A stretch of 64,000 nucleotides of DNA from an uncultured Gemmatimonadales bacterium (GTDB lineage: Bacteria; Gemmatimonadota; Gemmatimonadetes; Gemmatimonadales; GWC2-71-9). The stretch spans positions 194,509 through 258,508 of the forward strand of contig CAWJIM010000016.1 in the NCBI GenBank assembly GCA_963842945.1. The letters are read 5' to 3'. Within the stretch, counting starts at the first letter, position 1; every line of letters begins with the position of its first letter. A program made the position numbers and the translations under genes. Below, one piece after another: positions 49,195 to 59,451 of this stretch. The notes under the pieces were generated by a model, which worked only from the letters and a program-made list of their open reading frames with translations, had not been told where the DNA came from and made no database searches.

Positions 49195-49301
49195 GAGTGC
49201 TCCGAGCGGCGAGAGGCGAGCGAAACGGACGAGTCTGCGACCAATCTATGGCGCCCGAGTCGAGCCCGCCACCGGCTCCGACCGCGTCTGCGTGCGCGAC
49301 A

Positions 49302-49826
49302 TCAGACCCCGTAGCGCTCGGCGAGCGTCCCCAGGTGGTGCCGTTCGTGCCCCGCGATGATCCACGCCAGGGCCCGAACCGTCACCGGCGCGCCGCTCGC
49401 GGTCCCGCGACGGGTCCATGCCTCGGGCGCCAGGTGGCGAAAGAAGGACAGCGTGGCGCGGCGGACGTCGCCCCATTCCTCCGCCAGCGCGGCCAGCGGG
49501 TGCGCCTCGGCGTTCGACAGCGGCGCGTAGGCATTTTCGTCGAAGCCGGGCAGCGGCGTCGTGTCGCCTCGGGCGACCCGGAGCGCCCGATAGGCCATGA
49601 TCCGCTCCACGTCGCTCAAGTGGACCACGACCTCGCGCACCGTCCACTTGCCGGGCGCATAGCGGTGGGCGCCGCGGGCCTCGGGAACGGCGGCGAAACG
49701 CGCCAGGGTGGAGGCCCGCTGCCGGGCGAGCAGATCGAGAATGTCGGCGCCGGCAGGCACATGGGCGATGTATCCGGCATAGTACGTCCCGTATTCGTCG
49801 GGGCCGGGAGGCGCGAGCACGGTCAT
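49302..49826 (-). CDS. DinB family protein
   Basis: YAPGKWTVREVVVHLSDVER, LPGFDEN, IIAGHERHH. Confidence 0.92.
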   Translation of the reverse strand: MTVLAPPGPDEYGTYYAGYIAHVPAGADILDLLARQRASTLARFAAVPEARGAHRYAPGKWTVREVVVHLSDVERIMAYRALRVARGDTTPLPGFDENAYAPLSNAEAHPLAALAEEWGDVRRATLSFFRHLAPEAWTRRGTASGAPVTVRALAWIIAGHERHHLGTLAERYGV

Positions 49827-49853
49827 CCGGAGCTCCTTCGTGGGCGGCAGGGA

Positions 49854-49882
49854 TTGCGGAAAACGGTGCGCTGTTTTACCAT
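49854..49882 (+). promoter_or_regulatory. Putative sigma70 promoter for cspA
   Basis: TTGCGG-17bp-TACCAT about 230 nt upstream of the cspA start. Confidence 0.6.
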
Positions 49883-49936
49883 TGGGTCGCGAATTGGCGC
49901 GTTGAGGCATCGCGCGGCCATAGTCCAGATTCGACA

Positions 49937-49974
49937 GGGGGCTGGCGGAAACTCGCGCTGGCTCCCTTTTTGTT
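49937..49974 (+). terminator. Terminator-like hairpin within the putative cspA leader
   Basis: gggggctggcg-gaaactcg-cgctggctccc followed by tttttgtt. Confidence 0.6.
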
Positions 49975-50112
49975 GGCTGCTCCCGGGGATCGCATCCCGC
50001 AGGATGCACCAGGGCAGCTTCCCCGCGTGAGGGCTCATTTCACGCACATCGCGTAGTCGGTAGGTGCGGCATGGCCGAACTCCGATTACAACACACTCAA
50101 GGAGTAGGAACA

Positions 50113-50325
50113 ATGCGCACCACCGGCACGGTCAAGTGGTTCAACGACGCCAAGGGCTTCGGCTTCATCACGCCCGAAGGCGGCCAGAAGGACTGCTTCG
50201 TCCATCACTCGGCGATTCAGGGTCAGGGCTTCAAGAGCCTGGTCGAGGGTGAGCGGGTCGAGTTCGACGTCGTCCAGGGCCAGAAGGGCCCGGCGGCGGA
50301 GAACGTCGTCAAGCTGGGCAAGTAA
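50113..50325 (+). CDS. cspA: Cold-shock protein
   Basis: [35 protein letters not shown]. Confidence 0.97.
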   Translation: MRTTGTVKWFNDAKGFGFITPEGGQKDCFVHHSAIQGQGFKSLVEGERVEFDVVQGQKGPAAENVVKLGK

Positions 50326-50356
50326 GACCGCGCGCCGCGGCTGACGCCGCGGAACA

Positions 50357-50393
50357 GACGGCCGGTTCGAGTTCGCTCGAGCCGGCCGTTCGT
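50357..50393. terminator. Hairpin between convergent cspA and MOSC genes
   Basis: acggccggttcgag-ttcg-ctcgagccggccgt stem-loop. Confidence 0.7.
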
Positions 50394-50396
50394 CGT

Positions 50397-50843
50397 TCAG
50401 TCCCACCGCACTTCGGCCCCGACCTGGATGACGCCGTCGTCCAGCACTTCCGCGAACGCTCCCCCGCCCCAGTCCGCCTCCATCGCCGTCCTCAAGCCTT
50501 CGAGGGCCTCGTCCATCCGTTCGCACGGCCGGGTCTCGCCGGCGATCCGGAGCCGGCAGCTCCCGACCCGGAGGACCCGATTCCGCGTCCCCAGCAGACT
50601 GCAGCCACTCACCATGAGGTTGGCCCGCCGGGCGCTCGGCGGCACCTGCCCGCCGGTCTGCGCCATGAGGCGCTCCCACACCTCGCGCTCGATCAGCGTC
50701 ACCTGGCGGCTCCGCCCCTGGTCGGCATTGCCCACCAGCCCGCGTCCCGCGACCAGCGTGGCTTCGGGCACCGGATCCATCGGCCCCCGGTGCGCGCGCT
50801 TGATCCAGATCGCCTCGAGCCGGCCGGCATCCGGCGGGCTCAT
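50397..50843 (-). CDS. MOSC domain protein
   Basis: [47 protein letters not shown]. Confidence 0.9.
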   Translation of the reverse strand: MSPPDAGRLEAIWIKRAHRGPMDPVPEATLVAGRGLVGNADQGRSRQVTLIEREVWERLMAQTGGQVPPSARRANLMVSGCSLLGTRNRVLRVGSCRLRIAGETRPCERMDEALEGLRTAMEADWGGGAFAEVLDDGVIQVGAEVRWD

Positions 50844-51151
50844 CGGGACGCCGGGTGCGAGCATGTTCCGCCGGCGGTAGGGCCCGCAGGGCGGGTCGCC
50901 GGGCCGCTGCTCGCCGTGCAGCGCCGGCTGCCAGGCGTCGGCGGCCGCGGTGTCCGCGGCGGTGCGCGCGGCGCCGTAGCGCACGCGGCACTCCTGGAGC
51001 ACCTCGGTCAGGTCGGTCGCGCATCGTCTGCACGCGGCGCGAGCGCGCGAGGACCGCGGGCAGGAGCGCCACGACGGCCGCCGCCGACCAGCAGGACGAC
51101 GATGAGCGTCCGCGAACCGGGGCCGCGGGCGCCGCGGGCGGCGTGCGTCAT
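50840..51151 (-). CDS. Hypothetical membrane-anchored protein (frameshifted)
   Basis: N-terminal [33 protein letters not shown]. Confidence 0.5.
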
Positions 51152-51517
51152 GACGCCGCGTCCCGGTGCACGGTGTCGGGCGAGAACGCCGGCAGGCAGA
51201 TGGCGACATACTCGGCGCCGCCGGGCGCTGGGCTGGCATAGCGCACCCACTCGCCGGGCCGGGTCACGATCGCCTGCCCGGCGGAGACGTCCAGCGACGC
51301 CACCGTCATGCTCGACCCGCAGCGTGCCGCGCAGCACGAGCGTGATCTCCTGGAAGTCGGGCCGCTGGCCGGGCTCCGCCCAGCCTTCGGGCGACACCAT
51401 GCGCGCCACGCTGACGTCGGCCTGCGCGGTGGTGACCCGGCCGGCATACTCCTCGATCCGCTTGGGCTTGTTCCCGGCGGCATGGATGATCGTGGGCGCG
51501 GGAATGAGGGTCGGCAT
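51148..51517 (-). CDS. Cupin domain protein (frameshifted)
   Basis: [54 protein letters not shown]. Confidence 0.88.
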
Positions 51518-51581
51518 CGACGGTCTCCGTGAGAGGCGGCGGACTTCGAGACCGAAATTTAGGCGGGTCGGCGGGGCCTGC

Positions 51582-52332
51582 CTATGCGGAGGCTGAGGGG
51601 CCAGCGCACTCGCCGGCGACGGTCGGCGGCGCCCCACGCGGGCGCCAAGCTCCTCCGCGAGCGCCGTCACCGGGTCGAAGCCGCGCGCCTTGACGAACGC
51701 GGACGTGGCCGACCAGGTGCGCAGGTAGGCGAGGAGCTCGGGCAGCCGCCACTCGTGCGCCATCTCGAACGCGGGCGCCTCGAGCTCCTCGAAGGGAAAC
51801 GGCACGGTGCGGTAGCCGGTCTCCACCAGCGTCCGCTCGGGCGCCCAGTACGGACCCACCACCGAGCCGTAGAACCGAGCCAGCCGCTCGTCCACCGCCT
51901 CGTCGTCCAGCCGCTGCAGGCCATAGCACCAGACCGCGAGGACGCCGTCCGGCCACGAGCACCCGGCCCACCTCCTCGTAGAATCCGGGCAGGTCGATCC
52001 AGTGGAGCGCCTGAGCCACCGTGACCAGATCCACCGAGGCGTCGGGCAGGCCGCTCTCCTGGGCGAGCCCCGCGCGGTACGTGATGCCGGGATGCCGCGG
52101 CGCCTGAGCAAGCTGCGCCGCGCTGGCGTCGGTCGCCGTCACGCGCGCGAAGCGCTCCGCCAGCGCCAGCGTCGCCTGCCCGTTCCCCGCCGCGCAGTCC
52201 CACGCGTGCGGCGCGCGAGGGCGCGAGGCCCGCCAGGTGATCGAACAGCGCCGGCGGGTAGGTCGGGCGCGCCGCGGCGTACGCTTCCGCGACGGACGAG
52301 AAGTGGTCGGAGAAATCGGCGCGCTGGCTCAT
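51582..52332 (-). CDS. Class I SAM-dependent methyltransferase (frameshifted)
   Basis: FSDHFS..YAAARPTYP, WDCAAGNGQA, SVDLVTVAQALHW, YLRTWSA. Confidence 0.92.
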
Positions 52333-52797
52333 CGGGGCTCGTCCGAGCCGTTCTCGCGCTCGATGCGCTCGATCAGATCGGCCACATCCTCCGCGGAGAG
52401 TCCGACGTCCTGCAGCATCGCCTCGGTGCTCGGCCGGCTGAAGTCCTCGCGCCGCGCCTCGAAGATCGAGCTCGAAGGCGTGCGGGCCGTCGAGCGCCTG
52501 CTGCTGGCGCAGCACCCAGCCGCTCTCGTCGACGAACAGGTGCAGGGCGTGCTCCAGCGACTCGAACGGCGTCTCGTTCCAGCGACGCAGGGACGGATGC
52601 CAGAACCGGGCGATGAGCATGGCGCCGGGCGGCGCCTGGACCTTCGCGGTCACCGCCCGGGTCACCACGACCACGAGGTGAACGCGTCCGGGCCGGTGCG
52701 GCTGCCCGGGCGCCGGCGCGGTCTCGGGCTGCAGCTCGAGCACCGCTTCGGGCGTCTCGAAGCGTCGGCTCCCCGGGCCGCGGGTCCCGCTCGTCAC
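52329..52797 (-). CDS. Hypothetical protein
   Basis: HLVVVVTRAV..RFWHPSLRRWNETPFESLEHALHLFVDESGW; stop overlaps methyltransferase start. Confidence 0.55.
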
Positions 52798-52824
52798 CCG
52801 GCCGGTGCCGTCCCCGCCGCTCGC

Positions 52825-54046
52825 TCACGGCGCCACCAGCTCCACGGCCCCGCGCGTGAGCGCGTCCCACCCGGCGGCGGAGGCATCGGCCCGGGCCTCG
52901 TTGGTGGTGTTGAGCACGCCTACGACCGCCGAGGTCGAGGCCGGATCGAGGAAGAAGAAGGTGCGAAATCCCGACTGCTCGCCCGTGTGCCCGACGATGG
53001 TGCGGTCGCCGCGGCGGTAGAGATAGAACGAGAGGCCGAACGCCTCGTCGAGGCCGCCGGCCGCCGCGAGCGGCACCACCGGGCCGCCACATCTCCTCGA
53101 GCGTCGCGTGCCGCAGGACGCCGTCGTATCGCGCGGCGAGCGCAGAATCCCCGTGATCCGCGTGCGTGAGAAACGCGAGGTACTTGACCAGGTCGGCCAC
53201 CGGCGCGTTCCATCCGCCGTTGGGGATGGTGATGCCGGGATCGAACTCCGGCGGATTGGCGTCGGTCCGCGCCGGCCGGCGCTGTCGGCGCGCACCGTGT
53301 AGCTCCGCGCGCGACGGCGGCGAGATGATACGGCGACCGCCCCACGAAGCTCTCGGTCATGCCGAGCGGCGTCCAGATGTTCTTCTGGACGTAGGACTGG
53401 CCCACGGATCGCCGGTGAGCGCCTCGATCACGCGCGCCAGATAGATGAAGCCGGGATTGCTGTAGCCGAACCGCGAGCCCGGGCGGAAGCCGAGCTCCTG
53501 GTACGGCATCATCGCCACGAGCTGCTCCCACCGCGTGGGCTCGAACGGCTCCCAGGGCGGCCCTCGCCGTAGGGCCAGGTCGGGTTCTGGAAGCCCGCGC
53601 TGTGCGAGAGCAGCATGCGGATGGTGATGTCGTCGATGGAGCCGTACGCGTCGTGCACCTGCCGGAGCTCGGGCACGTAGGCGCACGATGGGGTCGTCGA
53701 GCGAGAGCCGGCCGCGGTCGCGCAGCTGCATGATGGCGATGGCGGTGAGCGTCTTGGTGATCGAGGCCCAGTGGTACACCGCGTCCTCCGCGGGTGCGCC
53801 CGCGGCCCGCAGGTCGCCACGGCCATAGGCGTGACGCGCCAGCACGCGGCCGGCGCGGAGGACCACCACACTTCCGCCGACGACGCCATCCGCCCGGGCA
53901 TAGCCGTCGAACGCCGAGGTGAAGGCGGCCCACCGGGCGGGCGGCCGCGAGAGCGCGGCCGGGCGGGACTGCGCGGCCGCGCCGCGTGCGCCCGAGAGCG
54001 CGATCGCGCCGGCGAGGACGCCGGCCGCGCGGAGGGCCCGAAGCAC
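52825..54046 (-). CDS. Serine hydrolase (beta-lactamase class C-like; frameshifted)
   Basis: WASITKTLT (SxxK), LLSHSAG, YSNPG, GHTGEQSGF. Confidence 0.92.
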
Positions 54047-54053
54047 CGGCGCG

Positions 54054-54771
54054 CTAGTCCGCCGAATTGGCGAGGATCTCCTCGCCGTACTTGCCGGGTT
54101 GGAAGGGGCGCTCGTTGTAGCTCACGGGGCTCCGGATGATGCGGATCGCCCGGATGGAGGGATCCGCCGCGTGGGTGTCCGCGATGTCGCCGTCCGAGTC
54201 GCCGTAGGACACCGCGGGATGCACCGAGCGGATGGCCTCGGTCTTGGGCGCCTGGGCGCGTGAAGAGCACCGTCGGCGGCGTCGGGAAGGCGAACAGGCG
54301 CTGCAGCAGGCGGCTGGTCCGGTCACTGGCGGGCTCGCTCGGGAAGCGCGAGGTCACGAAGACGATCGTGTCGCCCCGTGCCTGGTGAAACGCGATGAGC
54401 TCGCGCGCGATCCGCTTCGGCTTGCTGAAGCGCGCATCGAGGCTGTCGTTGATGAGCGTCCAGAACGCTCGATCGTCACGGAACCGTCCGCCGTCCTTCT
54501 CCTCGAGATACCCCTGCGCGAAGAGGAAGGCGAGTCCGGTGTACAGGGTCGTGTCGTCGATGTCGAACACGACCGTCGAGGGTTTCAGCGACGCGAGGCT
54601 CGCAGTGAGGGCGGCCAGCGTGATGACGCGCGCCCCGCCGGCAGACGATGCCGGCGGGGCGTTGGTGGCCGGCGCCGGCTGGGTGCCCGGCGCGGAGGCG
54701 GACGGAGCGCAGGCCGCCGCCGAGGCTACGGCCCAGGCGGCGAGGACCCTCGAGATCCCACGCGAGCGCAT
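54054..54771 (-). CDS. Class B acid phosphatase (AphA-like HAD hydrolase), lipoprotein (one frameshift)
   Basis: FDIDDT, FSKPKRIARELIAFHQARGDTIVFVTSR, YGDSDGDI, IRIIRS, GKYGEEILANS parallel E. coli AphA motifs. Confidence 0.85.
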
Positions 54772-54823
54772 CCGACCTCCGGCGCGGCCAAGAGGTGTGA
54801 TTCGTCCTACGGCCCGCCCTGGC

Positions 54824-55027
54824 TCAGGCGCGGTAGGCGTCCACCGAAACGTTGAGGTCGCGGCGCAGCTCGGCGTCTCCGCTCAGGAGCGTGGCCCACG
54901 TGATCTCCTGGCCCTTCCGCGCACCCTTCGCCGTGATCTTCACGCCCTCGGGCGACATGGTGACCGTATAGAGCTTGCCTTCGAGCTCGAGCTCACGCTT
55001 GATGGTCTTGTCGAGTTTGGTAGCCAT
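54824..55027 (-). CDS. Small hypothetical protein
   Basis: MATKLDKTIKRELELEGKLYTVTMSPEGVKITAKGARKGQEITW with GAGGAG RBS. Confidence 0.7.
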   Translation of the reverse strand: MATKLDKTIKRELELEGKLYTVTMSPEGVKITAKGARKGQEITWATLLSGDAELRRDLNVSVDAYRA

Positions 55028-55144
55028 TGGCTCCTCGGATCTCAGGGGGTGCCGCGGGGCGGCGAGCCGGCACGGCGCCGGTACACGAGTCAAACTAGGC
55101 TGGCCGTCCCACGCAAGGAACCGCGCCGCCGCCGTCGGGCGCCC

Positions 55145-55615
55145 TCAGGCGCCGCCGGCGAGGGCCAGGCACTCCAGCTCCACCCGCGCCCCCAGGGCCA
55201 GGCCGCTGGTGCCGAAGGCGCTCCGCGCGGGGAACCCGGCGGGAAAATGCCGGGCGTACTCCACGTTCATCGCGGGCCATTCCGCCATGTCGGCGAGCAT
55301 GGCCGTACACTTGACGACCCGATCCATCCCGGACCCCTGCGCGGCCAGCAACGCGCTGACGTTGGCCAGCGCCTGCGCCGTCTCGGGTCCGATTCCCCCG
55401 GCGACGAGCCGGCCGGTGCTGTCCGTCCCGAGCTGCCCGGACAGGTAGAGCATCGGCCCCACCCGGACGGCCGCAGAGAAGGGGAGCTTGAGATTGCCGG
55501 GCATCGGCACGCGCTCCAGCGTGAGCGGCGGATTGGCGGCCGGCCGCTCGCGAGGCCCGCAGGCGAGGAGCGCGACAAGACCGGCGAGCAGGGCGATATG
55601 GTGGCGCGAGCGCAT
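55145..55615 (-). CDS. RidA family protein with lipoprotein signal
   Basis: PFSAAVRVG, LYLSGQLG, VVKCT, PARSAFG, LALGARVELEC; N-terminal LLAC lipobox. Confidence 0.9.
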   Translation of the reverse strand: MRSRHHIALLAGLVALLACGPRERPAANPPLTLERVPMPGNLKLPFSAAVRVGPMLYLSGQLGTDSTGRLVAGGIGPETAQALANVSALLAAQGSGMDRVVKCTAMLADMAEWPAMNVEYARHFPAGFPARSAFGTSGLALGARVELECLALAGGA

Positions 55616-55846
55616 CGATCCCTCCAGGAGGCCGGAACGCGTCGATCGGGTCTGAGAAGGCTACGCACGGCCCTGGCGAAAGCGAAGAGGGCCGCGGCCG
55701 GCACCTCGAAACCACTTGAGGTCGCCGCGCCGCTTGTCAAACCATCTAAACGCTGTGCCAGACAATACATGGTCGATCCTATCTCAATCCGTTTCGAGTT
55801 GCTTCGGTTTTCGTTCTGACGCCGCCATTTGCCGGCTGCCGGTGAC

Positions 55847-57609
55847 TCAGCGCAGCCTGATGATTCTGGCCTTCGACGGCACCCCGTTCGAGGTCAGGAT
55901 GAACAGCATGTAGTAGCCCGGGGGCGCGATGTTCCGGCTGGTGGGCGCCTTGACCGTGAGGCCGCTCGAGGTCCGGCTGAACGTCAGCCACATGAACCGC
56001 TGGCCCATGTCGAACGCGTGGGTGACGGAGCCCAGAGCGATGAGGCTGACCTTGGTGATGCCGCTCGCGTTCGGAGTGCGCGACGGTGAACGACGTGCCG
56101 TAGCTGATCGGGTTGGGCGCGCTCGAGATGCTCGGCCGGGCACCCTGGAACAGGTACGGGGGCGAGTAGTACTCGGCGTTCTTCTGGTCGGGCGCGGGCA
56201 GCCGTTCGTCATCGTCGCGTTGCCGCTGCCGGCGTGCAGGACCCGGCCGTCGGGCATGAGGAGCGACGTCGAGTGGTACGACCGGTTCACGCTGTTGCTC
56301 GCCACCTGGCGCCAGGCCCCGGTCGTCGGGGTTCCAGATCTCGGCGACGTGCACGGCGAGGCTCGGGTCGTCGAAGCTCGTGCCGCGCGTGCCGCTGGTG
56401 ACCAGCACCTCGCCCGTCGGCAGCATGGTCGCGTTGAGGTGGCGGCGGGGGTACGCCATCGATCCGGTCTACTTCCAGGCCGGGGCCGCCTGGTTGAGAT
56501 CGATGATCTCCGCCGTGGCCGTCGTGCGGCCGCCGCCCGCGTAGAGGATCTTGCCGGGGAGATACATGACCGCGGCCCCGTAGTCCCGCACGCCGTAGCG
56601 CCGGTCGCCGACCGTCGTCCAGCTGCCCGACCCCGACGTGTTGAGGTACCGGGTGGTCTTGAGTCGCCGGCGACGAAGAGCTTGCCGTTGGGCGCCAGGA
56701 ACTGGCGCGGGTAGTACGGGAGGGTGAGCGACGGCCCCGGTCAGCGCCCGCCAGCTGCCGCCGCTCCAGATCTCCGGTACTCTCGCCTGGGCCGCATTTT
56801 CGTCCTTGCCGGCGAGCGTGACGATGCTGCCGTTGGCCAGCTCCGTCGAGCTGGGGTACCACCGGCCCTGGCGCATGTCCGCGGTCTTCGACCACGTCAG
56901 CGTGCCCGGGTTGAACAGGTGCCCGTCGGGCAACCCATGGTTGTCGCTGATATGGCCGCCGGCCACGAAGAGCCGGCCGTCCGGGAGGAACGCGTGGCCG
57001 GAGCAGAAGAGGTTGGCTCCGGCGGGCACCGCCTTGAAGCTGCCGTTGGCGGGATCGTACACGTAGGGACTCTCCGAACTTCCCCCACGCGAGCACCTTG
57101 CCGGTCCACAGCAGGTGCATGTGGACCGCGACGATGGGCCAGCTGAAGGGGGCGCTCCACGATCCTGCGCTCGCGCTGGAAGCCACGGAGAACGACGGTC
57201 CCATCGTCGGCTCGCAGGCGAGGCGCTCGTTGTCGCGGACGGCGAGCAACTGATCGCCCCGGTACAGCTCGAGCGGGCCCTGATGCCGTGCCGTGACCTC
57301 GATCTCACTGAACCCCGGATCGCCCTCGGGCGCGGCGGCCAGGGCTTGGTCGCCCTGCTCGTCGGTTCCCTGAATCCGCCAGGTCACCTGCACAGGGAAC
57401 GGCTGGGCGTTGATGAGCACGAACCTGTTGCCGCACAGGTACAGCGCGCGAACGGGGGCATCGTCGCTCTCCTGGGGAGCGGCCGCAACGGCGCCGCCAC
57501 CCGGAGGGCCGGGAGGCCCTTCACGATCGCACGCGAAGATTATCGGAAGGAGAACGGACAGGAGAGGGAGACGACGCACATAAACCACCGTGGAAGAAGT
57601 CGAAGCCAC
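55847..57609 (-). CDS. Galactose oxidase-like kelch protein with DUF1929 C-terminus (frameshifted)
   Basis: FCSGHAFLPDGRL, RWYPS, RSYHSTSLLMPDGRV, YSPPYL, VTHAFDMGQR, APPGYYMLF. Confidence 0.88.
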
Positions 57610-57705
57610 GATAGTGCATGCCGCCGCTATCGGGTGTGAGCGCGAGCACAGACCGTATGCGCGTGTGCCGTACGGCGGTCAGCCGCGCGGACGCGAGAGT
57701 GACCG

Positions 57706-58134
57706 CTAGCCCGGCTGTCCGATCCGCGGGTGTCGAGCGAGGCGGAACAGCATCGCCAGCAGGTTCGACCCGGCGCACGCCGCGCCCAGCAGGATGAGCC
57801 ACCGGGCCAGGGTTCGGAGGAAGTTGACCCGGTTGACGTCCACGATGACCAGCAGGAGCTTCGCGCTGAGCAGCGTGGCCGCGGTCGAGAAGATGAACAG
57901 CTGCAGCAGCAGCAGCGGGCGATACCCCATGCCCTCGTAGAGCCAGTAGATCGCGAGCCCGACGAGCAGCCACGCGAGCAGGCCCGTCCGGGTGCTCTTC
58001 CCCAGCGGCAGATCCCGGATGATCGGCGTGACCAGCAGCGCCAGCGCAAGCAGCATGAGCAGCAGCCGGAGCGAGGCGCGGCGAAGCTCGCTCGGCGTGG
58101 CGTCTTCGGCCGTGTGTGGGATCTGGCCGTCCAT
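57706..58134 (-). CDS. Hypothetical membrane protein
   Basis: 142 aa ORF with about four hydrophobic segments. Confidence 0.65.
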   Translation of the reverse strand: MDGQIPHTAEDATPSELRRASLRLLLMLLALALLVTPIIRDLPLGKSTRTGLLAWLLVGLAIYWLYEGMGYRPLLLLQLFIFSTAATLLSAKLLLVIVDVNRVNFLRTLARWLILLGAACAGSNLLAMLFRLARHPRIGQPG

Positions 58135-58225
58135 CAGGCGCCGCCCTCACGAGCACACCCATGCGATCCCTCCGATCTGCGGGTTACGGCGAACGGGGCA
58201 CGCACTCGCAGTCTCGCTCGTAGCG

Positions 58226-58505
58226 CTACTCGTAGTTCGTGAATGGCGGCGTCTCCACGGTCGCGGCCGAGCGGCGATCGCGGAAACGGTGCACCAGCGT
58301 CACGCGGTCCTCGCCTTCCCGCCGCACTCGCGTGTCCAGCAGCTCCCAGTGCTCGGCGTCTCCGAACCCCGCGTCGTTGAGGCGCTCCGCCTCGCGGCGC
58401 GCGACGTCGCCGGGCGTCGGGCGGCTCGCAGGGTAGGCATCCTCGTGGTGGGCCACGAGCGCCGACGGCAAACAGCGCGGCAGCGAGTCGGCGGCATTCA
58501 TCGCC
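58226..58505 (-). CDS. Hypothetical protein, probably 5'-truncated at a junction
   Basis: 93 aa ORF whose start abuts the IS4 fragment. Confidence 0.45.
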
Positions 58506-59284
58506 ACGCTGGAGGCCGGCGTGATCTACCTGGCCGACCGCAACTTCATCGACTTCGAGTTCCTCCGGGCGGTCATTGATATCGGCAGCGACTTCGTGGT
58601 GCGCATGAAAACCGGACAGAACACCGCCAACGTGGCGGTAGCTGCTGCAAACGCGCTGACCGCCAGGGACGTGGACGCCGGCGTGCTGGGCGACCAGATC
58701 GTCACCCTCCCCGGCAGCCGCTGGACCGCGGACTGCCCGATGCTGCTGCGTCTGGTGACGGTCCTGGACCCGGTGCGTCAGGAGGCGACTGCTCACCACC
58801 CTCCTGGACGTGCCGGCCGCTCTGATCGGGCAGCTCTATCGTCAGCGCTGGGCCATCGAGTTGTTTTTCCGCTGGCTCAAATGCGTCGCCAAGGTCAAGC
58901 ACCTGTTGAGCGAGTCGACAACGGGATCACCCTGCAGTTCTACACGGTGATCATCGCGACCCTGCTGATGTACCTGCACACCGGCCAGCGTCCCAGCATC
59001 TACAGCTTCGTCTTGCTCAGCAGCGCCGCCAGCGGCGACCTGCTGCTGGAAAGGGTACCGGAGATTCTGGACGAATCGCCCGCGAACGCGAGTTGGAACG
59101 ACTGTGCCGGCTGAAAAAGAAACACGCCTGAGCGACCGGGTCCCTTTGCGCCGACAAGACCTCGAGCTGCCGCCTGCCTGCTGAACCAATCGGACGATCC
59201 TTTCCAAACCGAGGATGCATCAAAAAAACCGTTCATCGCGTTCCAATCCCACCGTACAACGGCCCAAAGTGCCGGACAGTATTG
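58506..59284 (+). mobile_element. IS4-family insertion sequence, right part only (transposase C-terminal half to ~59131)
   Basis: IYLADRNF (second catalytic D), FVVRMK, LYRQRWAIELFFRWLK (Y-R-E-K signature); candidate right end gccggacagtattg at 59271-59284; no left end visible. Confidence 0.85.
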
Positions 59285-59381
59285 GCAGCTTGCCCGTGCG
59301 AGAACCGGCACGGGCAAGATACCCGTGTCACAATCGAACCGCAGGGTGACAAAGTCGGAATGATCCATGCGGCGACCGTAA

Positions 59382-59434
59382 CTACAACCCGCTGATTAAG
59401 AGCTCAGCTGCTCTGCCAATTGAGCTAATGGTGC
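59382..59434 (-). pseudogene. 5' fragment of tRNA-Lys(CTT), lacking T-loop and 3' acceptor strand
   Basis: Minus strand GCACCATTAGCTCAATTGGCAGAGCAGCTGA(G)CTCTTAATCAGCGGGTTGTAG then unrelated sequence. Confidence 0.8.
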
Positions 59435-59451
59435 GAGGCGTCGATGGAACT

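Noticed and set aside
55620..55845. Riboswitch upstream of the RidA gene
   Set aside because: AT-richer spacer with one hairpin, but no aptamer consensus that I can recognise
59285..59381. Group I or II intron interrupting tRNA-Lys
   Set aside because: No GTGCG 5' end or recognisable core elements, and no 3' exon found in the window
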